A stretch of DNA of 64,000 bases from positions 56,420,001 through 56,484,000 of the forward strand of contig OZ024742.1 of NCBI GenBank assembly GCA_964016885.1. The letters are read 5' to 3'. This DNA comes from Eledone cirrhosa. Its lineage: Eukaryota. Positions within the stretch are counted from its first letter, which is position 1; each line of letters starts with the position of its first letter. The position numbers were made by a program, and so were the translations under genes. Below, one piece after another: positions 40,483 through 53,966 of this stretch. The notes below the pieces were generated by a model. That model saw nothing but the letters and a program-made list of their open reading frames with translations. It was not told the DNA's origin and made no database searches.

Positions 40483-40822
40483 TGTATTTCGTTTCTGAAT
40501 TTGTTTAGCAAGATTCTTTATCTGAAAACGTGTGTTGAAACCGATATTGTTATACTTTGGGAGGGTCATGTTGTCAATAAGAAACACACGCACCAATGCT
40601 TTCACTCCGATTTATTATAAATTTATAAATTTAAGAATTTATAAATTTCCGGTTGGTTGGTTCCATAACCGGACGGTTATTCATATATTGTCAAAGTTCT
40701 TTCGTCACACATTATGTGACCTCTTCTGTGACTGGGGATTCTTCTCTTTGTTTTGTGCCTCTCCTTTGTTTTGTCCTACGCCATTTTGTTTTATGAAAAA
40801 AAACAAGATGGCGTAGGACAGA

Positions 40823-40853
<31 letters not shown>

Positions 40854-40934
40854 GTTGTGTATAGTGGTAGCTATGGTGCTTCCATAGGCGGTATGCCAAA
40901 ATTAGCACTCGATATTCATCAGAGTAGAGTGTAG

Positions 40935-41195
40935 ATATTATAAAGGAAACGAAAAATCAGTGATGCATCTGGACTTAGTTTATTTCGTGTTACAAATGTT
41001 TCACCGGTGTTACGTCCGGAGTAAATTTTATCAGTGATAAAATTTGCTCCGGACGTAACACCCGTGTCTGAGAGAACCCGCAGAAGTAGAATAAGCCAGA
41101 TCCATACAAGGGCCATGACTCGAGCTACATGCCGGCGAAACATTTGTAACACGAAATAAACTAAGTCCAGATGCATCACTGATTTTTCGTTTCCT

Positions 41196-41203
<8 letters not shown>
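40935..41203. repeat. Foldback element with a nested inner hairpin (41007-41061)
   Basis: Near-perfect arms of about 70 bp (TATAAAGGAAACGAAAAATCAGTGATGCATC...). The arm contains GAAACATTTGTA, an HHR 3' half. Confidence 0.85.
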
Positions 41204-41241
<38 letters not shown>

Positions 41242-41369
41242 AAGCAGGGATTACTATGTCAACAGGAGAAAAAATTGTGACATTTATTTTAGGATCTTTC
41301 TAAATCAGATTGACATCTTCAGCGAATTCTATCTTAACGTCCGTAAATTTTGTATACGAATGTCCAAGA

Positions 41370-41406
<37 letters not shown>

Positions 41407-41933
41407 GATATATATATATATATATATATTAGTAAATACCCTGTCGAAGACTTGCTTAGGAAATATTTCCAATTTATAAGCTGTTCTTTACTACAAACTT
41501 TGAAATACATTAAAATTCCTTTTAGAAAGCTCAAAGAACTTTTCAATAATGCTATATACATCAAAATTATATTTGATATACAATATTTCTTTACGTATGT
41601 TCCACAGAATACTCTGTTAAATGCAAAATGATTTTTTCATACACTAGATTCATTAGAGATAATCTATACAAACAAAGTAGCGGGTAACCCTGTGGAGAAA
41701 ATAATTATCAGGGTCTTATTGAATAGCTGAAATAATTGAAAATGAAAAGCACCGCTGCTACTACATATTCACCATAACCAGAAGATTCCTTACTGGCTTC
41801 TCTGTCCACCCCCACATGGTCTTACATTTTCTATAGATCTTCTAGAATAAGACAGAGAATAATTGGATCAGAGTCCATTGTTATATTCAATCATGAGATT
41901 TACTGCAGAAAGAATTATACATATGTACATTCA

Positions 41934-41972
<39 letters not shown>

Positions 41973-42102
41973 ACAGGAGGCTGGACTGGTGTAAATCCTT
42001 GAAAGGTTTATTATACTATGATCATTTTAATGACCGAGTTCCATATGAATCCGGTGATATCATCAGGTATTGGAATATATATATATATATATATATCGGT
42101 AT

Positions 42103-42441
42103 AAGAATAGAGGAACAAAGAATCAGTGCTGCATCATAACATATTTAATAATATATTACATATGTTTCACTGTCGATCAGCTCGAGGAACGTTCTATTAC
42201 TGGTCAAACCTGACTCTGTAATCGAAATATCCTCAGATATGCCTCAGTATGTAAGCTAGTCTCTGATTCGCACAAAATCAGAGACGAGCTTACGTACTAA
42301 GGCATATCTGAGGATCTTTCGATTTCAGAGTCAGGTTCGATCAATAATAGAATGTTCCTCGAGCTGATCCACAGTGAAAAATATGTAATATGTTATTATA
42401 TATGTTATGATGCAGCACTGATTCTTTGTTCCTCTATTCTT
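42103..42441. repeat. ~340-bp foldback element
   Basis: AAGAATAGAGGAACAAAGAATCAGTGCTGCATC... pairs with ...GATGCAGCACTGATTCTTTGTTCCTCTATTCTT, centred near 42272. The left arm reads GAAACATATGTA on the minus strand. Confidence 0.85.
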
Positions 42442-42526
42442 CTACTATTATACTCTGCTCTGCGCGAGCATCGAGTGCTCACCCGGCATACCGCCTACGG
42501 ACGCAATTAACTTGCACCTATACACC

Positions 42527-42565
<39 letters not shown>

Positions 42566-43178
42566 GGGGGAGAAAGAGAGAGAGAGAACTATTACTCATT
42601 ATTTAACTTGTTCATTTGGTCAATTATGGGTTGTCACAAAATGAAGTTAGGTTATGAATGTAATAATGTTGAATATGTATCAACTCAACCCTCCGGTCCT
42701 TGCGTATAAAACCAATCTGATTTTTAGTAAATTGAACAGCAACTTCCTCGATTCTCTACAGCTGTTCGACCACGCCAAACTCCTTCCGGGAAAGGGGTGT
42801 GCGACCAAACTCCAGAAATGTACAGAGAGACGAAATCCTAAATTGGTATCAATATTAACCATGTGCATAGCTCAATGTAATGACAAAGAATAGGAGATAT
42901 CACCAAATGCTGCCTTGAGAGAGTGTCATGCCCGGGATAAGATTCCGAGAAAAGAGATTGAGGGAGAGCAGGCTTCAAATGCTCTCAATATCGATTATAG
43001 GCAGAACTCTACGCAATATTAGAATGAAAAGTGGTAAAAAAAAAATATATATTCATGACGATTCGCAAAAATATCGATTAAATATAATACACCAATGAGC
43101 AGAGAGAAGTTTGAATCATTTAGTTGGGAGAAACATATCAGAATACAGGAATGATGGGGTGTAAAAATAATGAAATAC

Positions 43179-43307
43179 CTTTGATTTTGCCTCATCGTCA
43201 AAGTTTTGTTGTACAAACATTCGTCCTACGGCATTTCCGAGGTTGTCATTGGTGAACCGCGTGCACGCGCTCCACCGAGGACGTGCAGACGCCGTTCCTG
43301 ACATCAC
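43179..43307 (-). CDS. Neprilysin/M13 metallopeptidase internal exon (129 bp, phase 0/0)
   Basis: cag|VMSGTASARPRWSACTRFTNDNLGNAVGRMFVQQNFDDEAKSK|gtat matches the M13 pattern W..C..V...M..AVG.LYV..F. Confidence 0.9.
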
Positions 43308-43751
43308 CTGAAATTTACAAAATGTCATTTATATATATATATATATGTAATGAATAAGTCAGTTTATTTGAATCTTACATTATTTTAGAGATTCCTTTTT
43401 TTACTGTTATATATCTATTATGTAATACATAAGACCTTGTTAGACAGCTATATTGTAATCAATTATTCAATGTGTGATATGTTCCAAGGATGTTTTAATG
43501 TTAATTGTCTATGACCCGGCTAACATATGGATTCATGTAAGTAATTGACATAGCATTTTACGCTTTTGCGCGGACAACCAAAGAAAAGACATAAAAGAAT
43601 GTTTGTCTGTTCCCTTGCACCCAAGATTGTCTCGGAAACATTTTACTTAATTTTGCTGTCTGATGAAATGAGTATATTGATCGTCATTGAAATATGTATC
43701 ACCGTTTTATTAATAAAGGACTCTTTAACATTTACAACTTCGCATTTTCAC

Positions 43752-43820
<69 letters not shown>

Positions 43821-43837
43821 TCTCTCTCTCTCTCTCA

Positions 43838-43869
<32 letters not shown>

Positions 43870-43899
43870 ATATATCTATCTATCTCTTTCTATCTCTCC

Positions 43900-43955
<56 letters not shown>

Positions 43956-44014
43956 TTCCCTCTATCTATCTATCTATCTGTATATCTATATATAGATAGA
44001 TAGATAGATAACTT

Positions 44015-45058
44015 TCATTTTATTTGCCACCAGGGCATCAAAAAGTGGGACAAGTACAATGGGGGGAGTTTACATAAAAAGGCGTCCTCAATAAGGAGGA
44101 GGCAATAACAAGATATAAAAATAAAATAAAATATAACAAAAATAAATTTAATAAAAAATCCTCAATAGGGAGGAGGCGCCTTAGGGGGTCGCACCCCCCT
44201 CCCCCCGAAAAAAAGTGTGCAACGCTTCTCCTAAGGAGCACAGAGAGGGTGTGCTCCCTTGATCTTTCATCTTCCTCACCTATAGTCTGATGTAGAGTGA
44301 AGGCCCATTCACAAGGGCCATTCTCGCCACTTTCACCCATCTTTCATAAAAACTGCTGGGGTGTAGCAGCTCTCTCTCCATCCTGATCCTTCTTCCGAAA
44401 TGATATCGGAAGAAACGGTCCAGTTGTTGGCCAGAGAGAAAGGTGTCTGACCTCAGTCCTTTTAGACGCGTCCACCATACAACATCTTTCACCATGGCTA
44501 TTACGCACAGAAACACCGCCTCTCATTCGTTTTTGAAGAGGGGAGGCGGCTTGATCGTTACAATAGACTCGGTGGTCAACCGGATCAGTCCCACCCTTGA
44601 CAGCAGTTGTTCGACATAGCCCCACAGATCGGCAATGCCCGAGCAGTGTACCAATGCGTGTGCAACGGCTTCCTCGTCGCACACACATCTGGGACAGATC
44701 TTTTTCGAGGGATTCATACCCGGGCGCCCGTGTCTGTAGAGCCTTTCTCGAACGGGCAGAGCCCCTCGGTAGCACTGCCAGGCCAGGGACCTCTGGAAGT
44801 TATCCATGGGTCCCGGGCTGAATGTCCTACCGAACAGGTTAGCCAGTTCGTCTTCCTCCATGCCTAGGGCTTTTCCAAGGGCGTCGTCGCACCTGCTAAC
44901 CACCATCCCTCTATAGATTGACGAGGTGGATTCTCCACTGACAGCCGGGTCCGCCTGCCAGAGTGCAGTGGGCGCCTGGGCGCACTCGGTGTGCCAGGCG
45001 CCCAGTTTTTTCGGGCTTTGCTTTACCCAGGATTGCAGCTCGGGGAGCGAGACGAGTC
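44015..45058 (-). mobile_element. Tx1/L1-clade LINE 3' fragment
   Basis: LAWQCYRGALPVRERL..CPRCVCDEEAVAHALVHCS (CCHC zinc knuckle). Near-identical to 51685-52720; the 3' end abuts (GATA)n. Confidence 0.85.
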
Positions 45059-45220
45059 TATAGATAAATATAAACGGGTGAGTATGATTGTGTATAGAAG
45101 ATTATATTAATAAAAGGAATTCCAACTGTCTGATTTACTCGTTTTATTTACAATCCTTTGAAATTTATAATGGTATTAGAATGAAATAGTATGGTAGAAT
45201 ATTAAATGTTAAGTGTTAAT

Positions 45221-45259
45221 TGAACAAGTACTTTCATGCTTTCGCAATCTTCAGGTTCA
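45221..45259 (-). ncRNA. Minimal type I hammerhead ribozyme (39 nt)
   Basis: TGAAC-CTGAAGA-T TGC GAAA GCA T-GAAA-GTAC-TT-GTTCA: GNRA-capped helix II, palindromic AGTACT, CUU site. Confidence 0.75.
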
Positions 45260-46108
45260 TAATGTGTGGTGACAGTCAAGTTTGCAATTTTCAACTATAT
45301 AAATAGAAAAGAATGAAATGAAATTTCATTTCTCACTCTTAGTACGGCTGATACTTAAATGTAAGTATGTATACGTACATACATATATGTATACAGACGT
45401 ACAGTTGTATGTATATATATATACATACATGCACACATATATATATGTACGTATGGGTTTACCGAACATTTATTATAATGTTCGGGTTGTTTGTAATCAA
45501 ACAGCCCGAATTAAGCCATACAGTGTTCGGCAACCGTCGTCGCCCTTTTGTTCAACACTGACAAAGGAACGATGTTTCAAATTTATTAGCTATCGTCAGC
45601 ATCCTATACCTTCCTGTCAGATGATTGAACGTTTGAAAGTATATACTATCCTTATGCACATTAACAGCTGAGCAGCCTAATTTGCATATCGAGTGAGTTA
45701 GTTGGCCGGGCGTACTGAAAACGATAAATGGAAAAAATGAAATAAAATTTCATTTCTCACTCTTAGTACGGCTGATAATTAAATGTCAGTATGTATACGT
45801 ACATATATGTATACAGACATACAGTAGTATGTATATATATACATACATGCACACATATCCATATGTACGAAAGGAAGATTCCCGATGGGATCGAGAGTCG
45901 AGCTCAATATGATGTTAGAGTATACGCATGTTTATCTTTATAGCAACAACGTCTACAGGATTAAACCTGTTTCATTCATACCAAATCATTAAAAAATCAT
46001 TCCTGAGGATTTAATATGAATGAAACAGCTATAATATGTATATATATGTGTGTGGGTGTGCATGTGTGTGTCTCTGTGTTCGTGCGTGTATGTGTGTATG
46101 TATATGTA

Positions 46109-46175
<67 letters not shown>

Positions 46176-46447
46176 AGTATGTATGTATGTATGTATACGT
46201 ACATACATATATGTATACAGACGTACAGTAGTAAGTATATATATACATACATGCACACATATATATATGCCCGTATCGGTTTACCGAACATTTATTATAA
46301 TGCTCGGTTTGTTTGTTTGTGAACAAACAAACAGCCCGAATTACGCCGTACTGTGTTTAAGCAACCACGTCACCTTTTTGCTCAACCCTGACACAGGAAC
46401 GATATTTTACTAAGAGTGAGAAATGAAATTTCGTTTCATTCTATTCC

Positions 46448-46517
<70 letters not shown>

Positions 46518-46521
<4 letters not shown>

Positions 46522-49500
46522 CGATCCAGCGAGTGGTGTCACTCATACCAAGAAATTCCTCGAGGTGCTGGAGACGAACGGATACCCTACCTCGCTCACA
46601 GACAGAGTAGGAGACACCAGACACAAGAGACAGAGAGGCACCCAAGGCAAGTGCTTCCTTAAAATGTCACACCTGGGCGAGAATACCACCAACGCTATCC
46701 GCAAGGCTATACGGAGGGAGGGCCTCGACATCCACCTGGCCCACTCGGGCCCCTCCCTGCGAAGATGCCTCTCCAGGAAACCCGGGAAATCAACTGACGC
46801 GTGCTCCCTCAGAGACTGCCCCATGCGCCATGCGAACTGTTGCCTACGCACATACGTCATGTATAAGATAGAATGTAACAAGTGCAACCAATACTATATA
46901 GGTAGCACAATCCGGCCGTTGCACATCCGGATCAAGGAGCACACTAATACCAGGGCCTCATCTTTCCGGAAACACTTAGCTAAATGCGGAAACAAAGACG
47001 GAAGGCACATTGTCACAATTCTAGCGACAGAAAGAAACGTCGGCACATTACGTATCAAGGAAGCACTTTGGATCAAACGCCTAGGGCCACAATTAAACAA
47101 CTGATCTGAGAGAAGCGAAATGAGGTGGTTGGTTTGAGTTAACAAACGAAGCAGCAACACACGCACGCACATACACACAGTAGCATTCCACCATACGAAC
47201 ATACTACACTGCCAATACAGAGGAACAAGGCAACAACACACGCACACACACACACACAGTAACATTCACCAAACAGGCAGAGAACACTATGGACTGACAG
47301 CTAGCGCCACCCCACTTCCACAATTGAAAGAACTACTTCGGCCGCTGACCTGTGCCTAACCGACCCCGCTTCACGCGCACGCGCGCTCTGCTGAATACCT
47401 CTGATATTCAAAACAACGAACAGCGGAGGACACGTTTCGCAGCTTTCCGACAGACAACCTCCCCCCCTCCGGAAAAACCCCAGTTGATGGATCTGAATCC
47501 GAAATATATAGGGACAAGTAAATCTCTCCCAAGGTAACTCTATCTCGTGTTGTTATTTTTATTTTTATCCTTTACGCTCTCTCCTTCAATCCTCTACACG
47601 CTACAGTCTTATACACGCCACGCATCTCAACGTACACCCACTTACATCTCTCTCTCCACCACCGGATCTTGTTACCCGGAGATTTACCCATCTGCATTGT
47701 CGAGGCTTCCAAACGACTTAAAGAAATTTACCTTATTATTCCACAACGCTTCATAAAAACTCCAAAACTTCCTTATCCTTACACATGAGCCAGGAATTGT
47801 TTGCATCCGTAAGGGAACTGTTTAGACTGTCGGAGAAATGGGCCAATGCTGGCTGTCAAATTATTTTCCTGAAACGCTGCCTAAAAAAAGGATGTCATCC
47901 CCAACACCATCAGGAACATCCGCCTACCAGAAGCCTACGTACACCAGCTTTCCAAAACACCACTAACCGCATACATCGCACGTGTATTAAACAGATCCTG
48001 AGACATCTTAACCGCCAATTACACATCCATAAGCGGACACTCTCAGAACGGACAAATCGACTGTCAATAACACCCGGCGACTTGCTCCTGAAAATCACTA
48101 AAGCATCGACCAGTGCTACCACTACAGAGTCCAACACGAGAAAACACGGCTCAAACGGAAATATGAGTGGATCTTGTCTAAACTCCACAACGAGAACATC
48201 GACACTAATGAACCACGTGGAAAACAACAACTTAACAACCGCCACCGCCGCATCCACCAACACCGATCCACACCTCAACGATGCGACGCACCTGGTCACC
48301 GACCTAACCGGCACTCTCACGAGCGACGAGCTGAAACTCCTACACCTCGGACCCAAGTTCATCGTCTCACAACGACTCGCCGACGGACTCACACTCAACA
48401 TCGAGGCCAACTTTTGTCGAGCCGCTTACAAACTTAAATGGGTGACCGCCATCAACAGCGCCACAGAAAATAACAGCGCCCACGCAACCCACCCCAAGTT
48501 CCCCACTTACCACCCGACAACCCACTCCACCCCCACCCCCCAACCACGAACTCGACACTAAACTCATCAGGCTAAAACACTCCATCTCGGATATACTTCA
48601 CAAACACACACGCACAACACACAACCTCACCACTCTCCAACCTAAAATCGAAGAACCTCATCTACCTCCCCTCCGACAAGGGAAAAGAATTCTGCGTCAT
48701 CAGCAGAGATGCCTACAACACCCTGGCCCTCCAACACCTTGACGATGACAACCTCTACTCCAAGGTCACGGAAATCACTCCTGCGCAGATAGAAGAGCAC
48801 ATCAACGCCGCCTGGACCAACATCTGCGAGCGGCGGAAGCTCCCGAAGAAGCTGGGATACAACCTCCTCACGAGGACCAGCAGAATACCCGCCTTCTACC
48901 ACCTCGTGAAAACACACAAACAGAGACCCGACCTAAAGATCAGGCCCATTGTATCGAGCGTGGAAGGACCACTCTACAAAATTTCATGGCTCCTAGCCAG
49001 AATACTCAAACCCATCTTAGACACCTTGCCGGGACACGTTAACAGCTCCGAGGAGGTGTTAAAGCGCCTGCATCAAATGGATCCCGACACCAGAAAGAAT
49101 AACGGATATGCCCTCAGCTTGATGTAGTCGCTCTCTACACCTCGGTCTCGGCACTCCCGGTCGTTAATATACTGATGGAACGCGTCCAATCCACCGACCT
49201 ACACTGCTTCAGGCTCACGACCACTGACATCTACCAACTCCTATCCATCGTCGTCGACAACACCTACTTCGGATTCCTTGACCAAACATACCAACAAACC
49301 TCGGGACTGCCCATGGGATCAAGCCTGTCGGGTGTACTAGCGATCTCTTACATGGACAGCATCGAGCGCAAGGCACTCAACGCCTGCCACCCCAATGCCG
49401 TCGCCTTTTTCTCAAGGTACGTGGACGATATCTTCGTCCTCATATCTTCCGAAGACATGCCGAACAGAATCTATGAGACGTTCAACAACACGGACGAGAA

Positions 49501-50691
49501 CATTGACTTCAGTGTTGAACACCCCAACGACGACGGGTCACTTGCCCTCCTCGACTTCCGAATCAACATCACTGAACAGGGAGGGATCCACTGCAACTTC
49601 TATCGAAAGGCAGCCTGCAGGAACCTGTTCGTCCAGTACAAGTCCGCCCTCCCAAACAGTGCCAAAAGAGGATACATCACGAACGAGATTGCGCGAATCA
49701 AAAACAGATGCAGCGATCCAGCGAGTGGTGTCACTCATACCAAGAAATTCCTCGAGGTGCTGGAGACGAACGGATACCCTACCTCGCTCACAGACAGAGT
49801 AGGAGACATCAAACACAAGAGACAGAGAGGCACCCAAGGCAAGTGCTTCCTTAAAATGCGACACCTGGGCGAGAATACCACCAACACTATCCGCAAGGCT
49901 ATACGGAGGGAGGGCCTAGGCCCACAATTAAACAACCGGTCCGAGAGAAGTGAAATGAGGTGGTTGGTTTGAGTTAACAAACGATGCAGCAACACACGCA
50001 CACAGACACACACAAGCGAGACAGCAACACACGCACACACACACACACACACACAGTAGCATTCCACCATACAAACATTCTACACTGCCAATACAGAGGA
50101 ACAAGGCAACAACACACGCACACACACACACACTCAAGGGAGACAACAACACACGCACACACACACACACACAGTAACATTCACCAAACAGGCAGAGAAC
50201 ACTATGGACTGACAGCTAGCGCCACCTCACTCCCACAATTGAAAGAACTACTTCGGGCGCTGACCTCTGCCTGACCGACCCCATTTCACGCGCACGCGCG
50301 CTCTGCTGAATGCCTCAGATATTCAAAACAACGAACAGCGGAGGACACGTTTCGCACCTTTCCGACAGACAACCTTCCTCCCCCCGCCTCCAGAAAGACC
50401 CCAGTTGATGGATCTGAATCCGAAATATATAGGGACAAGTAAATCTCTCCCAAGGTAACTCTATCTCGTGTTGTTATTTTTATTTTTATCCTTTACGCTC
50501 TTTCCTTCATTCCTCTACACGCTACAGTCTTATACACGCCACGCATCTCAACGTACACCCACTTACATCTCTCTCTCCACCACCGGATCTTGTTACCCGG
50601 AAATTTACCCATCTGCATTGTCGAGGCTTCCAAATGACTTAAAGAAATTTACCTTATTATTCCACAATGCTTCAAGCAAACTTCAATACTC

Positions 50692-50695
<4 letters not shown>
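46518..50695 (+). mobile_element. Partial-tandem Penelope-like element: 3' part with GIY-YIG and pLTR (46518 to about 47760), then a frameshifted ORF (47785-49972) and a second pLTR
   Basis: YVMYKIECNKCNQYYIGST..RIKEH..KEALWI in the first unit. YLPSDKG, IRPIVSS, DVVALY, GLPMGSSLS and FSRYVDDIF in the second. 47083-47750 is repeated at about 49918-50670. Confidence 0.92.
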
Positions 50696-50771
<76 letters not shown>

Positions 50772-51556
50772 CATGAAAAACGGGAATTCATGAATGTAAA
50801 TACCAGAGAATAGCAAATTACACTTAACATGACTCCATGTTAGTCAAACACTTGTAATAAGCTAGAATATTATGTTAACGTTTTGAAACGTAGTCGTACG
50901 TTACAAAGGAGATGCAGAAAAAAGATAGACGATAAAAAAAGAAGACATGAGGGAAAATATGCATCTTTACTTGTCAGACATCTTTGAAAAAGGGATATAA
51001 AACTCAGCACTTATGGAAGTTCTACGCGTTAAAACAGCATATTTAATTTCTAAAATAGGTTTGTGATTTATCGGAAACTGAACAATGTATCTGATATAAC
51101 ATCAGTGTGATATCAAAAGATATTTTAAGATAAATGTAACTTGAAAACTGTTCTTGAAATTTAGTTGATATTTTAAGTGCTAGATAATTAATGATAGTTC
51201 ATGAGTTTCAAAATATTTACGACGTTGTTAATGAGCTAGAGAAACCACTTTCCAAGAAAACAAATGTAATGGTAAGTTGAAAATTGACGATATTCTTAAT
51301 ATAAAACAAAATATTAATTGTTTACTAATTTTTCGATTTGACATGTGTAAGGTTTCTAAGTAGATTTATCTGTGTTGCAGCTTATAGGATAAGATTCTAT
51401 TTAATAACGTGAAAAAAACAAAACATAAGAGTCCTTAATAATTTATAGTTATGAATACTTCATTAGCTTTGTATGATATTCTAGGGATCTGGCTCTTACG
51501 ATAACACATAGACACAAACATACTCGATTACATACTGATATATAGTCCATTACATA

Positions 51557-51623
<67 letters not shown>

Positions 51624-51624
51624 T

Positions 51625-51680
<56 letters not shown>

Positions 51681-51684
51681 TTTC

Positions 51685-53572
51685 TGTTTATTTGCCACCA
51701 GGGCATCAACAAGTGGGACAAGTAAATGGGGGGAGTTTACATAACAAGGCGTCCTCAATAAGGAGGAGGCAATAACAAAATATAAAAATAAAATAAAATA
51801 TAACAAGATAAAATTTATAACAAAATCCTCAATAGAGAGGAGGCGCCTTGGGGGGTCGCACACACGCCCGAAAAAAAGTGTGCAACCCTTCTCCTCGGGA
51901 GCACAGAGAGGGGGTGCTCCCTTGGTCTTTCATCTTCCTCACATATAGTCTGATGTAGAGTGAAGGCCCATTCACACGGGCCATTCTCGCCACTTTCACC
52001 CATCTTTCATAAAAACGGCTGCGGTGCAGTACCTCTCTCTCCATCCTGATCCTTCTTCCGAAATGATATCGGAAGAAACGGACCAGTTGTTGGCCAGAGG
52101 GAAAGGTGTCTGACCTCAGTCCTTTCAGACGCGTCCATCATACAACCTCTTTCGCCATGGCTATTACGCACAGAAACACCGCCTCTCCTTCGTTTTTGAA
52201 GAGGGGAGGCGGCTTGATCGTTACAATAGACTCGGTGGTCAACCGGATCGGTCCCACCCTTGACAGCAGTTGTTCGACATAGCCCCACAGATCGGCAATG
52301 CCCGAGCAGTGTACCAATGCGTGTGCAACGGTTTCTTCGTCGCACACGCATCTGGGACAGATCTTTTTCGAGGGGTCCCTACCCGGGCGCCCGTGTCTGT
52401 AGAACCTTTCTCGAACAGGCAGAGCCCTTCTGTAGCACTGCCAGGTCAGGGACCTCTGGAAGTTATCCATGGGTCCCGGGCTGAATGTCCTACCGAACAG
52501 GTTGGCCAGTTCGTCTTCCTCCATGCCTAGGGCTTCTCCGAGGGCGTCGTCGCACCTGCTAAACACCAGCCCTCTATAGAATGACGAGGTGGATTCTCCA
52601 CTGACAGCCGGGTCCGCCTGCCAGAGAGCGGTGAGCGCCTGGGCACACTTGGTCTGCCAGGCGCCCAGTTTTCTCGGTCTTTGCTTGACCCAGGATTGCA
52701 GCTCGGTGAGTGAGACGAGTCTGGGAAAGGCTCGCCTCACAGACGGGGCCCACACCGGTTGACCGGTGAGGAATACCTGGAGGTGCCGTAGCCTTAATGC
52801 GTGTTTACGTATCATTAGCCACGGCATCCCCAGCCCTCCTTTCGAAGGGTGTTGACAGCAGATGGATCTCCTCACTATAGGAGCCCGCTTCTTCCAAAGG
52901 AATTGGAAGAGTGCGCGCTCCATTTTGGCGAGCGTTTCCCTTGGGCAAGGCACAACGGTCAGGCGGTAGTAGATGACGGACGCTATATAAGTGTTCGCCA
53001 CCTCCGCCCGACCTTTCAGGGACAGTTTGCACTCGGACCACTTCTGGGTCAGTGCAAACACCCTGTTTGTTACCTCACCCCAGTTCTTCTCCACCTGGAG
53101 GTCTGGTCCGAACCAGACCCCGAGCAACTTCACCAGGCCCTCCGTCCAGCGCCCGACGACGCCATCGGAGGGCATCGATCTGCACCTCCACGTGCCGAGT
53201 TGCAGACCGATCGACTTGTCCCCGTTCAGCTTAGCCCCTGTAAACCTTTCGTACTCCTCCAGGAAGGTGCCGATCGCCCCGACTTCCGAGGCCGTCGATA
53301 CCGTTACTGTTACGTCGTCGGCGTAGGCCGACACCGCTTTCCGCAATCCCGGTTCCAACGGGATGCCCTGCAACAACTCCAGCTTCCGCAGCAGTGGCTC
53401 TAGAGTCATTACATACAGAAGAGAGGAGGGAGAGAGGGCACCCTTGTCGGATGGACCGCGCGATTTAGAACGGCTCCGAGAGGTAGCCGTTCACCTTGAC
53501 CCTAGTGCAGATGCGGCTGCTGTGCATGGCATTGATCCCGCCCCTGAAAACGGGTCCGAAGCCTGCTGCCGC
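51685..53572 (-). mobile_element. Tx1/L1-clade LINE, 5'-truncated, embedded in (GATA)n
   Basis: ORF 52138-53409 contains LEPLLRKL, SAYADDVTV, LLGVWFG, LSLKGRAEVAN, GGLGMP and a CCHC knuckle. (GATA)n lies on both sides. Confidence 0.9.
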
Positions 53573-53637
<65 letters not shown>

Positions 53638-53810
53638 TCCAGGGAGTGTAACGCGGAGTTACTGTAAGTTTACCCGGGAGAGCACTCGATGTTTAGGTTC
53701 ACGTCAGTATCGCGGTGTAGTGTTAGACAGATTGTAATATAATAATACAATGACGAATGGTTAATCCTTCATTACGTTTATTGGTTGGTGACGCGCGCTT
53801 CGCTACTGAT

Positions 53811-53966
53811 CAGCTCAAGATTCGATCTGTATCAATCTAGCTCGATTCTGCAATCAAAAGCTCGTCGGACCTCTGTAGTAGTAATGACAGCTCAAGGTTC
53901 GATCTGTATCGATCTGGCCCGACTATGGAATAAAAAGCTAGTCGGACCTTTGTAGTAGTAATGACA
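53811..53966. repeat. Two diverged ~78-bp tandem units inside a probable PLE terminal relic
   Basis: CAGCTCAAG.TTCGATCTGTATC..GTCGGACCT.TGTAGTAGTAATGA occurs twice. Confidence 0.75.

Noticed and set aside
47102-47104. TGA ending the GIY-YIG ORF early
   Set aside because: The paralogous unit has CGG (Arg) here, consistent with CpG decay rather than recoding.
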